Assembly: GCA_951804945.1 (NCBI GenBank)
Contig: OX638151.1
Span: forward strand, 89,590,001-89,654,000
Reading direction: 5' to 3'
Length of the DNA stretch: 64,000 bases
Origin: Podarcis cretensis
Lineage: Eukaryota
The position numbers were made by a program, and so were the translations under genes. Within the stretch, counting starts at the first letter, position 1, and every line of letters begins with the position of its first letter. The notes beneath the pieces were generated by a model that did not search any database, was not told the DNA's origin, and worked only from the letters and a program-made list of their open reading frames with translations. Shown piece by piece: positions 36,056-48,412 of the stretch.

Positions 36056-38096
36056 TTAAGCTAGGGTCAAGTAAAGGCACTTTCACATAACCAGAGTTAT
36101 AACTTCAAAGTCTATCATTGTCCCTGTGACAATTGTGTACTGCATATTTTCATCAATCATAGGGTGGGGATCTATGGTCAGTGGTGAGTTGTTTTCAGTT
36201 CAGAGTTCTGTTCATCTGCTTTGATGGAAGGACTTGGAAGGCAAACATCTGAAGTAGGGAGCCTCCAGTACTCATCAAGACTTGCTTGGATGCTTTTGAA
36301 CCCTAAACACTAATGACCAATGATATAGTAGAAAAGAGCAATGTCACAATGGGAAACCAAAACAATGGAAGGAAAGAGAAGTCCATCTTCAATCCTGGGC
36401 TGACCAGTGTAAGTTTCACTTCATTCTGTGGCAACAGGGGAGCTGCTTTTCTTCAGTGATGTTGCCACTGATTTTTCCTGCTGTTCCTCTTGCAGCCGAA
36501 GAGGGTGGGCCTCCACTCCCTAGCTCAAAGGTAGTTGACAGGGCGTTGAGAGTTGGAAAGCAGTCACCCTTTGGCTCTTGGTTCTTATGCTCTCCTGGTC
36601 AAGGTTGTCAATGCAAGAGAAGACCGTCTCTGGCAATAGACCCATTTCTGACCCTTCCTTATCCTTCCTCCTTGAGTTTCATCTCCCAGAGGCTGGCTCT
36701 GCAAAGGGCAAGGCTGTCCAGTGATGCTGAGCTGCATGGGATTTACTTCAGGATATGTCATTGGGAAGAGGAGCCCAAGCTTTGCAGAGCACCCAGCCTA
36801 GCTAGATAGAAGGGCTTTATAGGGAGGCAAACAGTTCAGGGTGACCAGTGCCAACTGACTTGCACTCAGTAAACGAGGATTCAGGCAAGGCCAGCAAAGG
36901 TTTTCTCCATATGAACACCTTAATGGTACCAAAAGCAAACATTATTCCAGAAAGAATGGGCTCAGCACAGCAAGAACTCTTATAAGCAGTATAATGATAG
37001 CATATTGTGAATTACATTTTTTAAAGAAGGAGCTTCTTAGATGATTTATTCCCATGCTTCTTTGTGATTATCATTGTACTCAGATTCAGTTCAAAGAGAT
37101 CAAAAATTACATTTAATCACAGACTATATAACACTCTTAAAAAAAAAAAAGAACTCCCAGTAATCAAATTCCTTTTGCCATTCATTATATACTCTGCCCC
37201 CCCTCTCTAATATCGTCTCTCTCTCCTAATCATTTTACTTGGACATAAATTCCCTTGAACTCAGTGGGACATTCTTTCAACTAAATGTGCTTAAGATTGG
37301 GGCGCAAAAGGTTTTATTCATCCAATTAGGTTTGGGTACTTTTCCTGTAAGTCCTCTCCCCCCCCCCCGCATTTTGCTTAGTATGCAAATTGTTGATTAT
37401 GATCTATGTGCTGTTGATTTAAAGAATTTTCTTTTCTCTCTAGAAGACAGTCTCTTGAAAGTATCTCAAAGAGTTTTGTTTTCCTTGAATGAAAAGGCAC
37501 AAGAATTTATTTCCCCAAGGAAGATTCTTATCAAAACATATTGAGCTTCCTTTATAGTCTACACTCCTTGTGAATAAATCTTCCTATTTTGACTCTTACC
37601 AGTCTTTTTCAAGGATTTCATTTCTCTAGACCCGTCCCTCTTTCTGCCTCTGTTCATTGTATCCCATCACGATCTTTTAGATCTATTGAAGTTTAGGATA
37701 TCAATAATGCACAAAAACAAAATGGAAAAAGGAAAATGACATAACTGAATAAAAACTAAAATTAAACACAGAGAGACCCCAAAGTACAAATGTGGGTTTG
37801 TTTCATTCCCATTCCTGGAAAAAAACCCCACTAATTATTGTTGCAGTTATTGTTGGGGAGGGTAATAATGGCTCCTTACCCTATTCTGGTTGTGTCCCCC
37901 TGTGGGTCTGCCACCGTCCCTGGGCAGCCAGGATGCATGGAATGGAATAACCTGTCGTGTGAATGCAACCTCAATCACACGACAGAATAACAGAATGTGT
38001 GAAAACCATTTATGGTAATCAGGTTTCTGGCACAGAGGAACCATGCAGCAAATACAAGTTACAACAGAAAACCAATCTGTGATGGATCATATGAAC

Positions 38097-38903
38097 AGCA
38101 AATCTTCAAAATAAGCTGCACTGTAATTGAGAGAAAATTTAAGTATTCCATCTTGACCATCAGGCTATCTCATCCAGCTTTTCATTATTCAGCCAAAGCA
38201 TTGTCAATGAAATGAATTCATCAGTGTAACAGAGATAAATGATCTAACATGGAACAGATAGAACTATCTTCCTGTTCTTATGAGGAAAATTGTCTCCTTG
38301 TACCATTATACTAGTGACAAAGATGTCTGGACTTTATAAGCATGTCTTTCCATTTAGTGTGCCTTAAATATTAATGACACTGTAATTTAACCTCCTTCAA
38401 GAAGTTCAAAAAAGAAGAAGCTTAACAGTACTATTGACAGAGAGGACTGCTAGGAGGGGGGCGGGAATTGGATTAACTTGATGCTCTGGCCAATTCCTAT
38501 GAGCTAGAATTCATCCTTAATTTTACATTTTAAGGTGGGAAACATAGAAAGCACTGCTGATACAGTATAGTGATGTATTGCTCTATTTCTCTATGCAAAC
38601 AAATTTCTGTAGATAGTGCTTTCTAATATAATATAGCCAGAGTTCAGAAGTTTTAATGGGAAAGTCAGCTGTTCAGCATATATCTGCTGAATTTTAAAAT
38701 ACTTGATTTTCTTTGGATTGTATCTTTATAAATTAAGATTCTAATGCTACAGTCATATTTCTGCTTTCCTGGGAGTAAGCAAATCTTCAAAATAAGCTGC
38801 ACTGTAATTGGGAGAAAATTTAGGTATTCCATCTTGACCATCAGGCTATCTCATCCAGCTTTTCATTATTCAGCCAAAGCATTGTCAATGAAATGAATTC
38901 ATC
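38097..38903 (+). repeat. 126-bp dispersed direct duplication (38097-38222 and 38778-38903)
   Basis: The two copies differ at 2 positions (gagag/gggag and taagt/taggt). Confidence 0.95.
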
Positions 38904-39319
38904 TATGTTGATATGGATAGGATTACAGTGTAATATCATTTGTTCACCTACAAAAACAATTCAGTCAAATTAACAGTACAAATAGGAAATAGTTTTCCCT
39001 CAAGTATAATGAAGCTATTCATGAAGCTCTGTTTCCTGAAAAAAACACAATCAATCTTTAACCATGTTGTTAGGCAGAAACAAAATGACGTGATAATTGA
39101 TAAGATATAGCAGTGCAGAGGTGACATCTCCTCCAATCTGCAGACTCATTCAGAGATGGGAAGATTTGGGTGGTTATTTGGCAAGGCAAAATTCAATGGA
39201 GTAGCATTATACATACATGTAGCTTAAGGGAACTCAACTATATGTGCTTGGCAAAAAAAATAGCTCTCCACGGCAGGACTTCCCCATACTCTGCATGGAT
39301 TTACACACTCAAATTGTAA

Positions 39320-39911
39320 CTACTCTATTCCCAACTTAAAAATGGAAAGTGTAATGCTGGTGGTCAACAAAAGAGGTTGAAAGACTGTCTCAATGCAAAT
39401 TTTAAAAAATGTAGTATAAACACCAACAATTGGGAAACACTTGCCTGCGAGTGCTCCAATTGGAGAACAGCCTTTACCAAAAGTGTCATGGGCTTTGAAG
39501 ACACTTGAACTCAGGACGCAAGGGAGAAACATGCTGAAAGGAAGGCACGCTTTGCAAATCCACACTGTGATCAACTCCCAGCCGGAAACCAATGTCCCCA
39601 CTGTGGAAGGACGCAGTGGCGTAGCGTGGGGGGTGCAGGGGGGGCCGGCCGCACCGGGCGCAACATCTGGGGGTTAGGGAAATCCACGGGTTAGGGGGCG
39701 CAAATCCACGGGTTAGGGGGCGCAAATCCATGGGTTAGGGGGCGCAAATTACTTGCCTTGCCCCGGGTGCTGATAACCCACGCTACGCCACTGGAAGGAC
39801 GTGTGGATTGAGAACTGGCCTCCACAGTCACTTACGGGCTCATTGTTAAAACTGTGTTTATGGAAGACAATCTTACCTGGTTACGAGTGATAGCCAGATA
39901 AGAAGAAGAAA
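39320..39911 (+). mobile_element. RTE-clade LINE 3' fragment (not BovB), split by a hAT MITE
   Basis: LLYSQLKNGK..GGQQKRLKD...WETLA..SNWR...CPHCGR|TCGLRTGLHSHLRAH, a C-terminal C2H2 finger. (GAA)n tail. Confidence 0.8.
39614..39793. mobile_element. Young GC-rich hAT MITE (180 bp) with an internal 22-bp tandem repeat
   Basis: Perfect 17-bp TIR cagtggcgtagcgtggg. Perfect 8-bp TSD gaaggacg. CpGs intact. Confidence 0.95.
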
Positions 39912-40837
39912 GACACTTTGTACAGTACAAATTCCTGTACAATACAGGAAACACTGTATTTATTTTAGACATTTTTGCTTGTGTTCATTCATAAATTCTT
40001 TCTGTCCCATTTTTATGTTATCTGTGTTTATATGTAGACACAAACATGTACCGGGTATATACATAATATAGCTTTGATTACAAATTAAGTGTTTAATTAC
40101 AAATTTTATCTCATTGTGCATATTTCCAAACTATTTTTTTCTGAAATATGAAATCCCCCCCCTTTTTTTTACACATTTTGGTACCTTTTTGAGTCAATAA
40201 TTATATCACAAAATTCAAATAAGTCCTGAATACAAAGGATAATTATGTTCCGATCTGTATATTAGCCCAAGAGGTGCAAATTAGGTCACTGCACCTAAAA
40301 ATGTAGAGTGAAGAAGATCTTTCTTCATTCCCAACTTTTCTATGTGCAGTAGAGGTTCAAGAAGAAAGGGGCATTAAGAGAGACAATTCCACACTCAGCC
40401 TGATGATAACCTTTCTCTGAATACTGCATTTTAGAGTAAGCTTTTAAGTACTCCTTTGTTCTTTTAATGCTCTGTCTCCATCACAACACTAGAAGAAAAA
40501 AAGGGCAAAAGGCAAGCAGTTAGAAGTGAAAGCAATCAGACCAATTTAGCCCACAAGTTGCCAGCAAGTACCTATTTGCTATCTAACACCATTTCCAGAT
40601 TTTTTAAAAGAGAGAAATGCTTAGCAAAGAAAGTCAGTCAGTTCTTCACTCTGAGAATATTGTAAATTGTAACTCAACTGGGATATACTCTCAAAAAGCA
40701 ATCCATTCTGACCTGTCCTATAATGTGCTTAAGTTCATCCCACTTCTCTAAGCAGTAAAAAGTTCCAGGGCTGAAAGCACTTACCTGGGGAGAAATTAGA
40801 TTCAGTTTTCATTTAAAGGCGTATCTACCAAATTTTT

Positions 40838-41197
40838 GGGATGCAGGTGGCGCTGTGGGTTAAACCACAGAGCCTAGGACTTGCCGATCAGAAGGTCGGC
40901 AGTTCGAATCCCCACGACAGGGTGAGCTCCCATTGCTTGGTCCCTGCTCCTGCCAACCTAGCAGTTCGAAAGCATGTCAAAGTGCAAGTAGATAAATAGG
41001 TATCGCTCCAACAGGAAAGTAAACGGCATTTCCGTGCACTGCTCTGGTTTGCCAGAAGCGACTTAGTCATGCTGGCCACATGACCCGGAAGCTGTACGCC
41101 GGCTCCCTCGGCCAATAAAGCGAGATGAGCGCTGCAACCCCAGAGTCGGTCACGACTGGACCTAATGGTCAGGGGTCCCTTTACCTTTACCTTTACC
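40838..41197 (+). mobile_element. Sauria SINE (POM/Squam1-type), full length
   Basis: GGGATGCAGGTGGCGCTGTGGGTTAAACCACAGAGCC...GTTCGAATCCC...(CCTTTA)n. TSD taccaaatttt at 40826-40836 and 41194-41204. Confidence 0.95.
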
Positions 41198-41252
41198 AAA
41201 TTTTCACTTTCCAAAATAATGCACAAAAGTGAAATACAGAAGCCATCCTACA

Positions 41253-41255
41253 AAC

Positions 41256-41301
<46 letters not shown>
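41253..41301. repeat. (CA)n microsatellite
   Basis: Direct reading. Confidence 0.95.
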
Positions 41302-41303
<2 letters not shown>

Positions 41304-42780
41304 CTTTGATTACCATAGTAAGGTTTGCATGGAAGTACAAATATTAGTGAAAATAACTTCGACAAAATCATTACACTAGGGAAATTGCTTTGCAAAAATA
41401 TGTATGCTATAAAAAATGCATGCAAAAAAGAGGAAATATTAACACTAAAATTCTGTCAATTATTTTATTTTTTTAAAAAAAATGTTGATATATAAATGTA
41501 AGGAACTTACTATTGGAAAAATGAGAAGCTGAGTGAAACCAAAACTGACAACTTTGCCTGTCCCTAGCTATGTTTTATTTTTTTATAAAGAATAACTATT
41601 CAAAGAATTATTGTTCATTTGTAATAATTGTATTTATTTGCTAATATCTAGTTGATGACAGTTTAACCACTCTGAAAGACAAAGTCCACTGTGCGCACAT
41701 CAGATCTCTACTGAGACAGCCAGCGTCATAAGATCTTTTGGCCTCTCAGGATAGTTCAAAAGCCATTGGAATGAACTATATATTGAACTTTGATCTTTGC
41801 TCAAATGGCAGGGCAAACCACACCGATCAAGAGTACAAAGGCATCAGTCTAGAAAGGGATCTGCTATCAATAATAAGCTTTTACATGCACAAAGAAAGTA
41901 CATGATCACACATTAAGAAGTGTGCTGTGATCTATTATAATAAATACCTAAAGTGAAATTAAGTTTGTCAAATAAATTAGTAAACTGCATTCTGCAACAC
42001 AATTCCCTTGATTGCTTATCCCTGATTTGTTTGCTTATTAACTGAACAGCTATGCTAACTATTATAGATTTCCCAGTTATTAAGTGTGAATTATTGACAT
42101 TCTGTTGGAGCTTTAGAACTCAGGAATGAAAGGATAATTAAAGTTCTGTACTGAAGTGTGATTCTAAATAGTATATTGTATGCAAGAAATAAGGTATCTA
42201 GGTGAGCTTTCACTATGAAGACTTCATCAGCACAGAATGAGAACATAATTTTGTTTCCTGAGAATCTCAGATTCCTTTTCTTTTCTTTAGAAACCAGGCT
42301 TCTAGAACCTTTAAATGTACCGTATTTCTACCAAATGCCTTCTGACATCTCAGAAGCTAGAGATGTGACTGATTAGCACTTCCAGTAGCTCGGAGTCGGA
42401 TGTTAGTGTCACCCCTAGTTCCATATACCCCTCTATGCAAGCAAAACCAGAATAAATGGTTCAATATAAACCAGGTTATTCAAACTTGCTTCACAATTTA
42501 TAATTCAAATAATGCAGCTTGCCTGTGCAGAATTTGGATTCCTTGTGCACATAATGTAACCTTTATTTTTCAGCAGAGTACATAAAGCAATAGAGAAAGG
42601 TTTAAGACTAGGGATGCACTCATCAGTTTATTTCTGCTACATTATATTTCACATTTGTTCATTCATTATCTCTGATTTCCATGTTAATCTGTTTTATTTT
42701 TATTTTTTACAAAATACTATTTTGAATTTATTTTCACACAAAATATTCATTTCTAAATGTATTTTATATCAAAATAAGTA

Positions 42781-43022
42781 CAGTGGTACCTCAGGTTAAG
42801 TACTTAATTCGTTCTGGAGGTCGGTTCTTAACCTGAAACTGTTCTTAACCTGAAGCACCACTTTAGCTAATGGGGCCTCCTGCTGCCGCCGTGCCGCTGG
42901 AGCACGATTTCTGTTCTTATCCTGAAGCAAAGTTCTTAACCTGAGGTAATATTTCTGGGTTAGCGGAGTCTGTAGCCTGAAGCATATGTAACCTGAAGCG
43001 TATGTAACCCGAGGTACCACTG
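42781..43022. mobile_element. TcMar (Tigger-like) MITE (242 bp)
   Basis: TA|cagtggtacctc...gaggtaccactg|TA. Sibling copy at 48187-48412. Confidence 0.93.
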
Positions 43023-43170
43023 TATTTCAAAACACATTTCAAGGAATTCATTTGAACTGCAATGCAACTTTTGGAAAAGTGTGAAATCCGAAGGGTAACT
43101 ATGTTCCAATCCACATATTACTCCAGGAGGAGTAGATCAGCTTGGTTTGCATCAGAATTCACAAAGGTCA

Positions 43171-43791
43171 GTGGTGGAAATGTGAAGAAGTTAAAAAAAT
43201 TTGGGAATACATATACAATGAACTGAAAAAAATACTTAAATACACCTTCGTTAAAAAGCCCGAAGCCTTCCTTCTGGGAATGATCAGAGACGAGATTAAG
43301 AAAGAAGATCATATAATGTTTCAATACACAACTGTAGCTGCCAGGATTCTGTTAGCACAAAATTGGAAAACCCCAAATATCCCGACCGTTAAAGATTGGC
43401 AAATTAAATTATTTGAATATATGGATTTGGCAAAAATGACGCAGAACATCAGACAGCAAAAAGGTACAAAGCTTATTGACAATTGGACCAAATTCATAAC
43501 ATATATGGAAACAAATTCTGGAGATGTAAAAATCACAGTAGGTTTAATATGACCCTTGCGATGTGTAGACGATATAAAATGAAAAACTGCAGAATGGATT
43601 TAATATTTACATAACCCAAAAGCGAGATGGAGGGAAGTCAATTGTTATTTGTTGTTAATTAATGTTTGTCTTCTGGTTTGTTCATGTGTTTTGTACTGGT
43701 TGATTTTTTTTTCTTTGGTGTGTGTTGTTTATTTTTGCTTTTCTTTTTTGTGATTTGGTTATAGAAAATGAATAAAAAGATGAAAAAAAAA
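43171..43791 (+). mobile_element. L1-clade LINE, 5'-truncated (0.62 kb)
   Basis: Open frame WWKCEEVKKIWEYIYNELKKILKYTFVKKPEAFLLG...AARILLAQNWK. AATAAA plus poly(A). Perfect 17-bp TSD agaattcacaaaggtca at 43154-43170 and 43792-43808. Confidence 0.95.
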
Positions 43792-44819
43792 AGAATTCAC
43801 AAAGGTCAAATTCTGCAGGCATCTCTATTTAGGCCACATGCAAACACACACTGAATTATTTGTTCATGCATTAGGGAATTAATTTCAACTAGCTTGGTGA
43901 TTTAATTTTTTTAATTATTTCAGACATTCATGAAGGGTTGATCTGTAAATGGCAGGTCCTTGTATGTTAAGCCTCTTATGCACACAATGTCTGCACAGGG
44001 CAAAACCCTCTGCCTACACTACGGTAACGAAAAGAAGAGAACAAACAAAGGCCAATTGCAAAAATGTGTGTGTATGTGAGTATAGTTATGTGTATGTGGG
44101 GGTCGGGTGGGGAAGCCACAGGAATGCACAAACAGCCAGTGATTTTCCTTGCAACTAACAAATTACCAGAAGACACCATCGCTTGGCAACAGAGCAACAA
44201 GCATTTAGCTGAAAATACAGCTGATAAACTCTTGGGTGTTCCAGCAATTTTGTTTCTTCTGCCATGTGCCTCTGTTTTCCTTTTCCTTTGTGAGACTGTT
44301 ATGTTTTGATGATGCATGCATAAGTCTCAGAAGCAGTCCAATTCCACATAGTGTTTTTCTGCTGCTCATAAACTGCTGCTGTTTTGTTTTGTTTTTGCTT
44401 GAAATACCCATTGTTTAAAATTTAAGGTATTAAGGCACCCAATGCTAAAATACTGTCGGATGCCCAGGATAGAATACTTTCTGAAACCCACACCACACTG
44501 GTCTCCCTACTATCTGACTCTACTCCTTTGGTAAGCAGTAGAGACACACCTCCCCAAATACTAATATTATGGCTCTGCCCCACCCACCGAGTCTCTCAAC
44601 AATGATGTGAGCATAGTGCCTCTACCAGTTTCTTAGATTCCTCCCCACAAACCTTTTCTGAGAGGCTATGTGGAGCATCAAGGGGTACAGTAGGGAGGGG
44701 TGTGTAGCAGCTTTGTTGCGCTAGTGGCCTTTCCCTTTTTGGAACCATTAACTGCAACCCTTTATTTATTTGGAACAAAGAATGCTCTCCAGTGATGACT
44801 GTCCACCTCTAATGAACAA

Positions 44820-44947
44820 CAGAGTGCTGCTGTGCTCAAGTTCTGCTTATGGGCTTCCCATAGGCATATTGTTGGCCACTGGGAGAAGAAAGAGATGGAC
44901 TTTGTTGGCATTTGGTCTGATCCAGCAGAATTCTTCTTATGTTCTTA
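44820..44947 (+). mobile_element. Old SINE/CR1-type 3' end
   Basis: gggcttcccataggc...ggccactg...tggtctgatccagcag...tcttatgttctta tail. Confidence 0.55.
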
Positions 44948-47619
44948 ACATCATTAATGGGAAAGCAAGAGAAGAGCCTTATGTCACCACTGAAGGATTC
45001 AGTGAAGAAAATCACGGATGGCTATATTAAGGTGTTCTACAAGGATAACACCTGCTAGCCATAGATAGGCTTATTACTGAACACAAAATGCCAAGGTGAA
45101 TTTAGGGATTCCCAATCAGCTGAAAAGCTGACAAATTTCTAGTGCATCCCTCCCTCCTGACGGCACCATACTGGCTAGACCATGTCAGCTAATTATTTTT
45201 CCTAAGAATATCTCCACCGTAAATGTTTAATTGATGCTCTACAGAAACATTTTGATTTACCTTTGACGGAGACCTTCTTATTCACCCTGCACCTAATTGC
45301 ACATTACAGAGATTAAGTCAGTTCCAGAGAGTGAAGGGCTGTTTAGGAAGAGGGAATAAAGAGAGCAAAGGAAGCATGTTATCCACTTTGTGGCAGTGGT
45401 GAGGACCAAAAAGGAAGAGCTGGGAAAGCTGGCTTGCATGCTCCCTCTAACAATGCAGGCTTCAGCAGTAGTGGATGGGAGCGTGGCATGGGCAGGGAGG
45501 CATTGCTCACCTGGCTTCCCAATGGCACATGTTGCTGCTTGGAGAGGCAGTGGGGAGCTTGGTGCAGTACAGGCACAGTGATGAAGCCACTTCTGACACT
45601 TCTGCAGCTGTGCCTGCACTGAACCAAACTACCTATTGGCTCCTCCCCTCTCCCTTGTGATAACTGGTGGTGAAGGACATGGTTGGGAAGGTATATGAGC
45701 AATGGATCTGTGCTTGCACTGCACTGCCAGCTGTTACTGTGTTACAGCCTGTGTTGCCACATCCTAGTGCCTTCCTCATTTGTTTCATAAAAGAACCATG
45801 CAACACCACATCATCTGCATTAAATAATATTTATCAATTATTTATCTTCAAATTAAATAAGCAAATCATTTTAAAACAATGCTGTATCCCTCTTGCAGAT
45901 GTGTCCGCCCCTTTGGCTCATGCAACACATTATTTCCCTGCTCACCCCTAAATAAGAATAGCATCATTTTGCAATCCATCTATTTAATATAATACATAAA
46001 TAGCTAACAAGCCAATGACTGTCAGTTCTTCCAGTTTCCTTCAGTCCTCTAGACACATCTGCCTTTGCTTCCGTGATTGCCAGACCTTGGAGTATAAGAG
46101 AATTAGTTTACAACTTATCTACAACATCATGCCGCAGTACAAAAATGACAAGCTGGTGGCTTCTTGTACAGAAACCACATTTTTATTATGAAAAATACAG
46201 ATACAACAATCCCACTCAGTGCCAGAATGTGTTTTCCTCCATGATAGAAAAAATAAAATGTGAAGCACATTTGTCGAATTAGCCTCCACAAAAAGGATAT
46301 GAAATGAACGAGATCAGTTTGAGCCATATTGCTTAATAGCATGCAGAAGGCTGAACTATTATAAAAATGAAACAAATTTTAGTGGATACCAAAGGCAAAT
46401 GTACAGTGGCAGGGATGTGAAAGACAGAGTTACATTTCAGCCTAACTGAAACATGCATGCATGTATGTTGTTGTTGTTGTTGTTGTTAACTTTGATTCCT
46501 GGTCTTTGACCGCAATAAAGATTGATTGATTGCACATACTTTTTCTGGAACATGTGCATACACGTAAACCAGAAGCTTACAGCTCCTCCCCACTCCCACC
46601 CCACATTCAATCTTTGCTGAAGGGATAACATTAATTGCAATCAGGACTGTCACAAACATTCAAAGAGATGAACAGGTCTCTCAGATGCTGACAAGCAAAG
46701 CTTTGATTCTTTTAGGAGGAAACACACTGGGTCTCGGGCATCCCTAGTGGTAAGATCACAGCCTGAGGACTGATTCACATATGCAAGTGCATTGATTGAA
46801 ATCTCATTCCTTGTGAATCCTTGGTGATTCACAGTTGAATATGTGCCTAGACCCCACAGAAAAACACTGGTCTTCAAGGTAATGCAAGGTCATATGTAAG
46901 ACAAGATAATACATAATAAACAGAAACTTTAATACAATTCTCATAAATAAGAATATCATAAAATGATGCAACCCATCAGCCTTTAAAGGCCAACAACAAC
47001 AACAACAATGTGGCTTTTATCTGGCATCTTAAAGAATATAAGGTCAAGGTGAGATGCACTTCAGTGGAGAGGTTGTTCCAGTAATGCAAAGCCACCACCA
47101 AAAATGATCTTCCATGCCCTTGCTACCACACTTCGCAGTTTATTTAGTATAGCGACCCCTAGGCAATGATGTAGGTTGAGATACTCTAGGTTTCTCATGG
47201 CTCCCTTGGACCAAACCATGCTGGCTGTATTTGCTTCATTAACAAAATATACAGAACTTGGTATGGCAGTCAATGAAAATAAACAGCAAAAGGTTGTTCT
47301 AACTTCTGAACTTGCTCTGACTACTAACATAGCCAGGTGGTTTCTCTTAAGTGCTGCAGGACTAGCTGAGCCCAGACTCTGCAGTTTCTCCTTCATGTCT
47401 GGCTGATGAGCAGTGTGGACTTCATGGCACTACACCAGCTACTTTCAACACCTAGCACAGGCCTTGGCTAAGCATTCCTATATCTTTGCCAGTGATATTG
47501 ACACAGTGTCCTGTACTGTTGCAGGATGTTGGCAGAGGTGAGACAATTGTCATCTTGGATTGCTCTTCCAAGAAGTGAGGAAGAGGAAGGAAAGCAGAAA
47601 GGACATTAAGGCCTTGAAA

Positions 47620-47800
47620 AGCAGCTTAAAACCTTGAGAAGGTTGCTTAAAACATTTTAGGAATTTTCTAGAGTTTAACCCAAAACTTCCCAACTTTCTG
47701 TGACAATGCCCTCTCAGATATCTTGAATCCAAGTTGCTCAGGGTCTTAAATGTCAACATAAGCAACCCTGCATTGGGGCCGGAAGATAACCAGCAACCGA
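47620..47800 (-). mobile_element. Old L2 3' fragment
   Basis: Minus strand WLLVIF..MLTFKTLSNLDSRYLR corresponds to WLPVRFRAQFKVLVLTFKALNGLGLVYLK of the L2 at 14048. Confidence 0.5.
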
Positions 47801-48186
47801 CATGCCACTCTCATCAATAAAAAAGCTTTTCCCAGAGGGTCAATCTGTGATGGCCCATTTACACTTGCAAGTAATCCCTTGATGCTTCAGTGATCAAGTG
47901 ATGTCCATCTGTGTACCCAAAAAGCAGATGAGGCACAAGCAACAGACCCAGGTTCCCATTTTGCCTTTTCTAATTACCAATCTCCTATATACCAAACTGG
48001 AAAAAGAAAGAAGCCAAAGCGATGGAGCTTTGCATTCCTTAAGTATTGTCTTTGATCTACACAAGCATCATAATGAAGTGGATTAGTCTACTTTAGATCT
48101 TGGGGCAGGAGGGGATATTATTGTTTTTGCATGCTCTCCCACTTAAAAAAAAATTCCTGCAAGTAGAGGGGCATAGTTGCATAGTA

Positions 48187-48412
48187 CAGTGGTACCTTGG
48201 GTTAAGTACTTAATTCGTTCCGGAGGTCCGTTCTTAACCTGAAACTGTTTGTAACCTGAAGCACCACTTTAACTAATGGGGCCTCCTGTTGCTGCCACTC
48301 CGCCGGAGCACGATTTCTGTTCTCATCCTGAAGCAAAGTTCTTAACCCGAGGTACTATTTCTGGGTTAGCGGAGTCTGTAACCTGAAGTGTATGTAACCC
48401 GAGGTACCACTG
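48187..48412. mobile_element. TcMar (Tigger-like) MITE (226 bp)
   Basis: TA|cagtggtacc...gaggtaccactg|TA. Highly similar to 42781-43022 but lacks one 16-bp subterminal repeat. Confidence 0.93.

Larger units (their letters stand above)
40785..41566. mobile_element. Old AT-rich repeat (TAGGG..CCCTA-type ends) hosting a SINE and a (CA)n tract
   Basis: 41340-41565 aligns with 50280-50388 plus 51550-51700. Related opposite-orientation pieces lie near 6700-7080, 28905-29102, 40080-40332 and 42609-43115. Confidence 0.55.

Noticed and set aside
36340-36850. LTR-like segment with a minus-strand TATA
   Set aside because: I could not identify matching termini or a TSD.
37140-37700. Possible degenerate L1 fragment on the minus strand
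   Set aside because: Composition is suggestive, but no protein motif could be read.
39670-39750. CRISPR-like or true telomeric array
   Set aside because: Head-to-tail units without spacers, inside a MITE, in eukaryotic DNA. The TTAGGG motifs are not tandem.
40838-40925. tRNA gene suggested by the GTTCGAATC B-box
   Set aside because: It is the head of a Sauria SINE, followed by the SINE body, tail and TSD. The same applies at 8206 and 5917.
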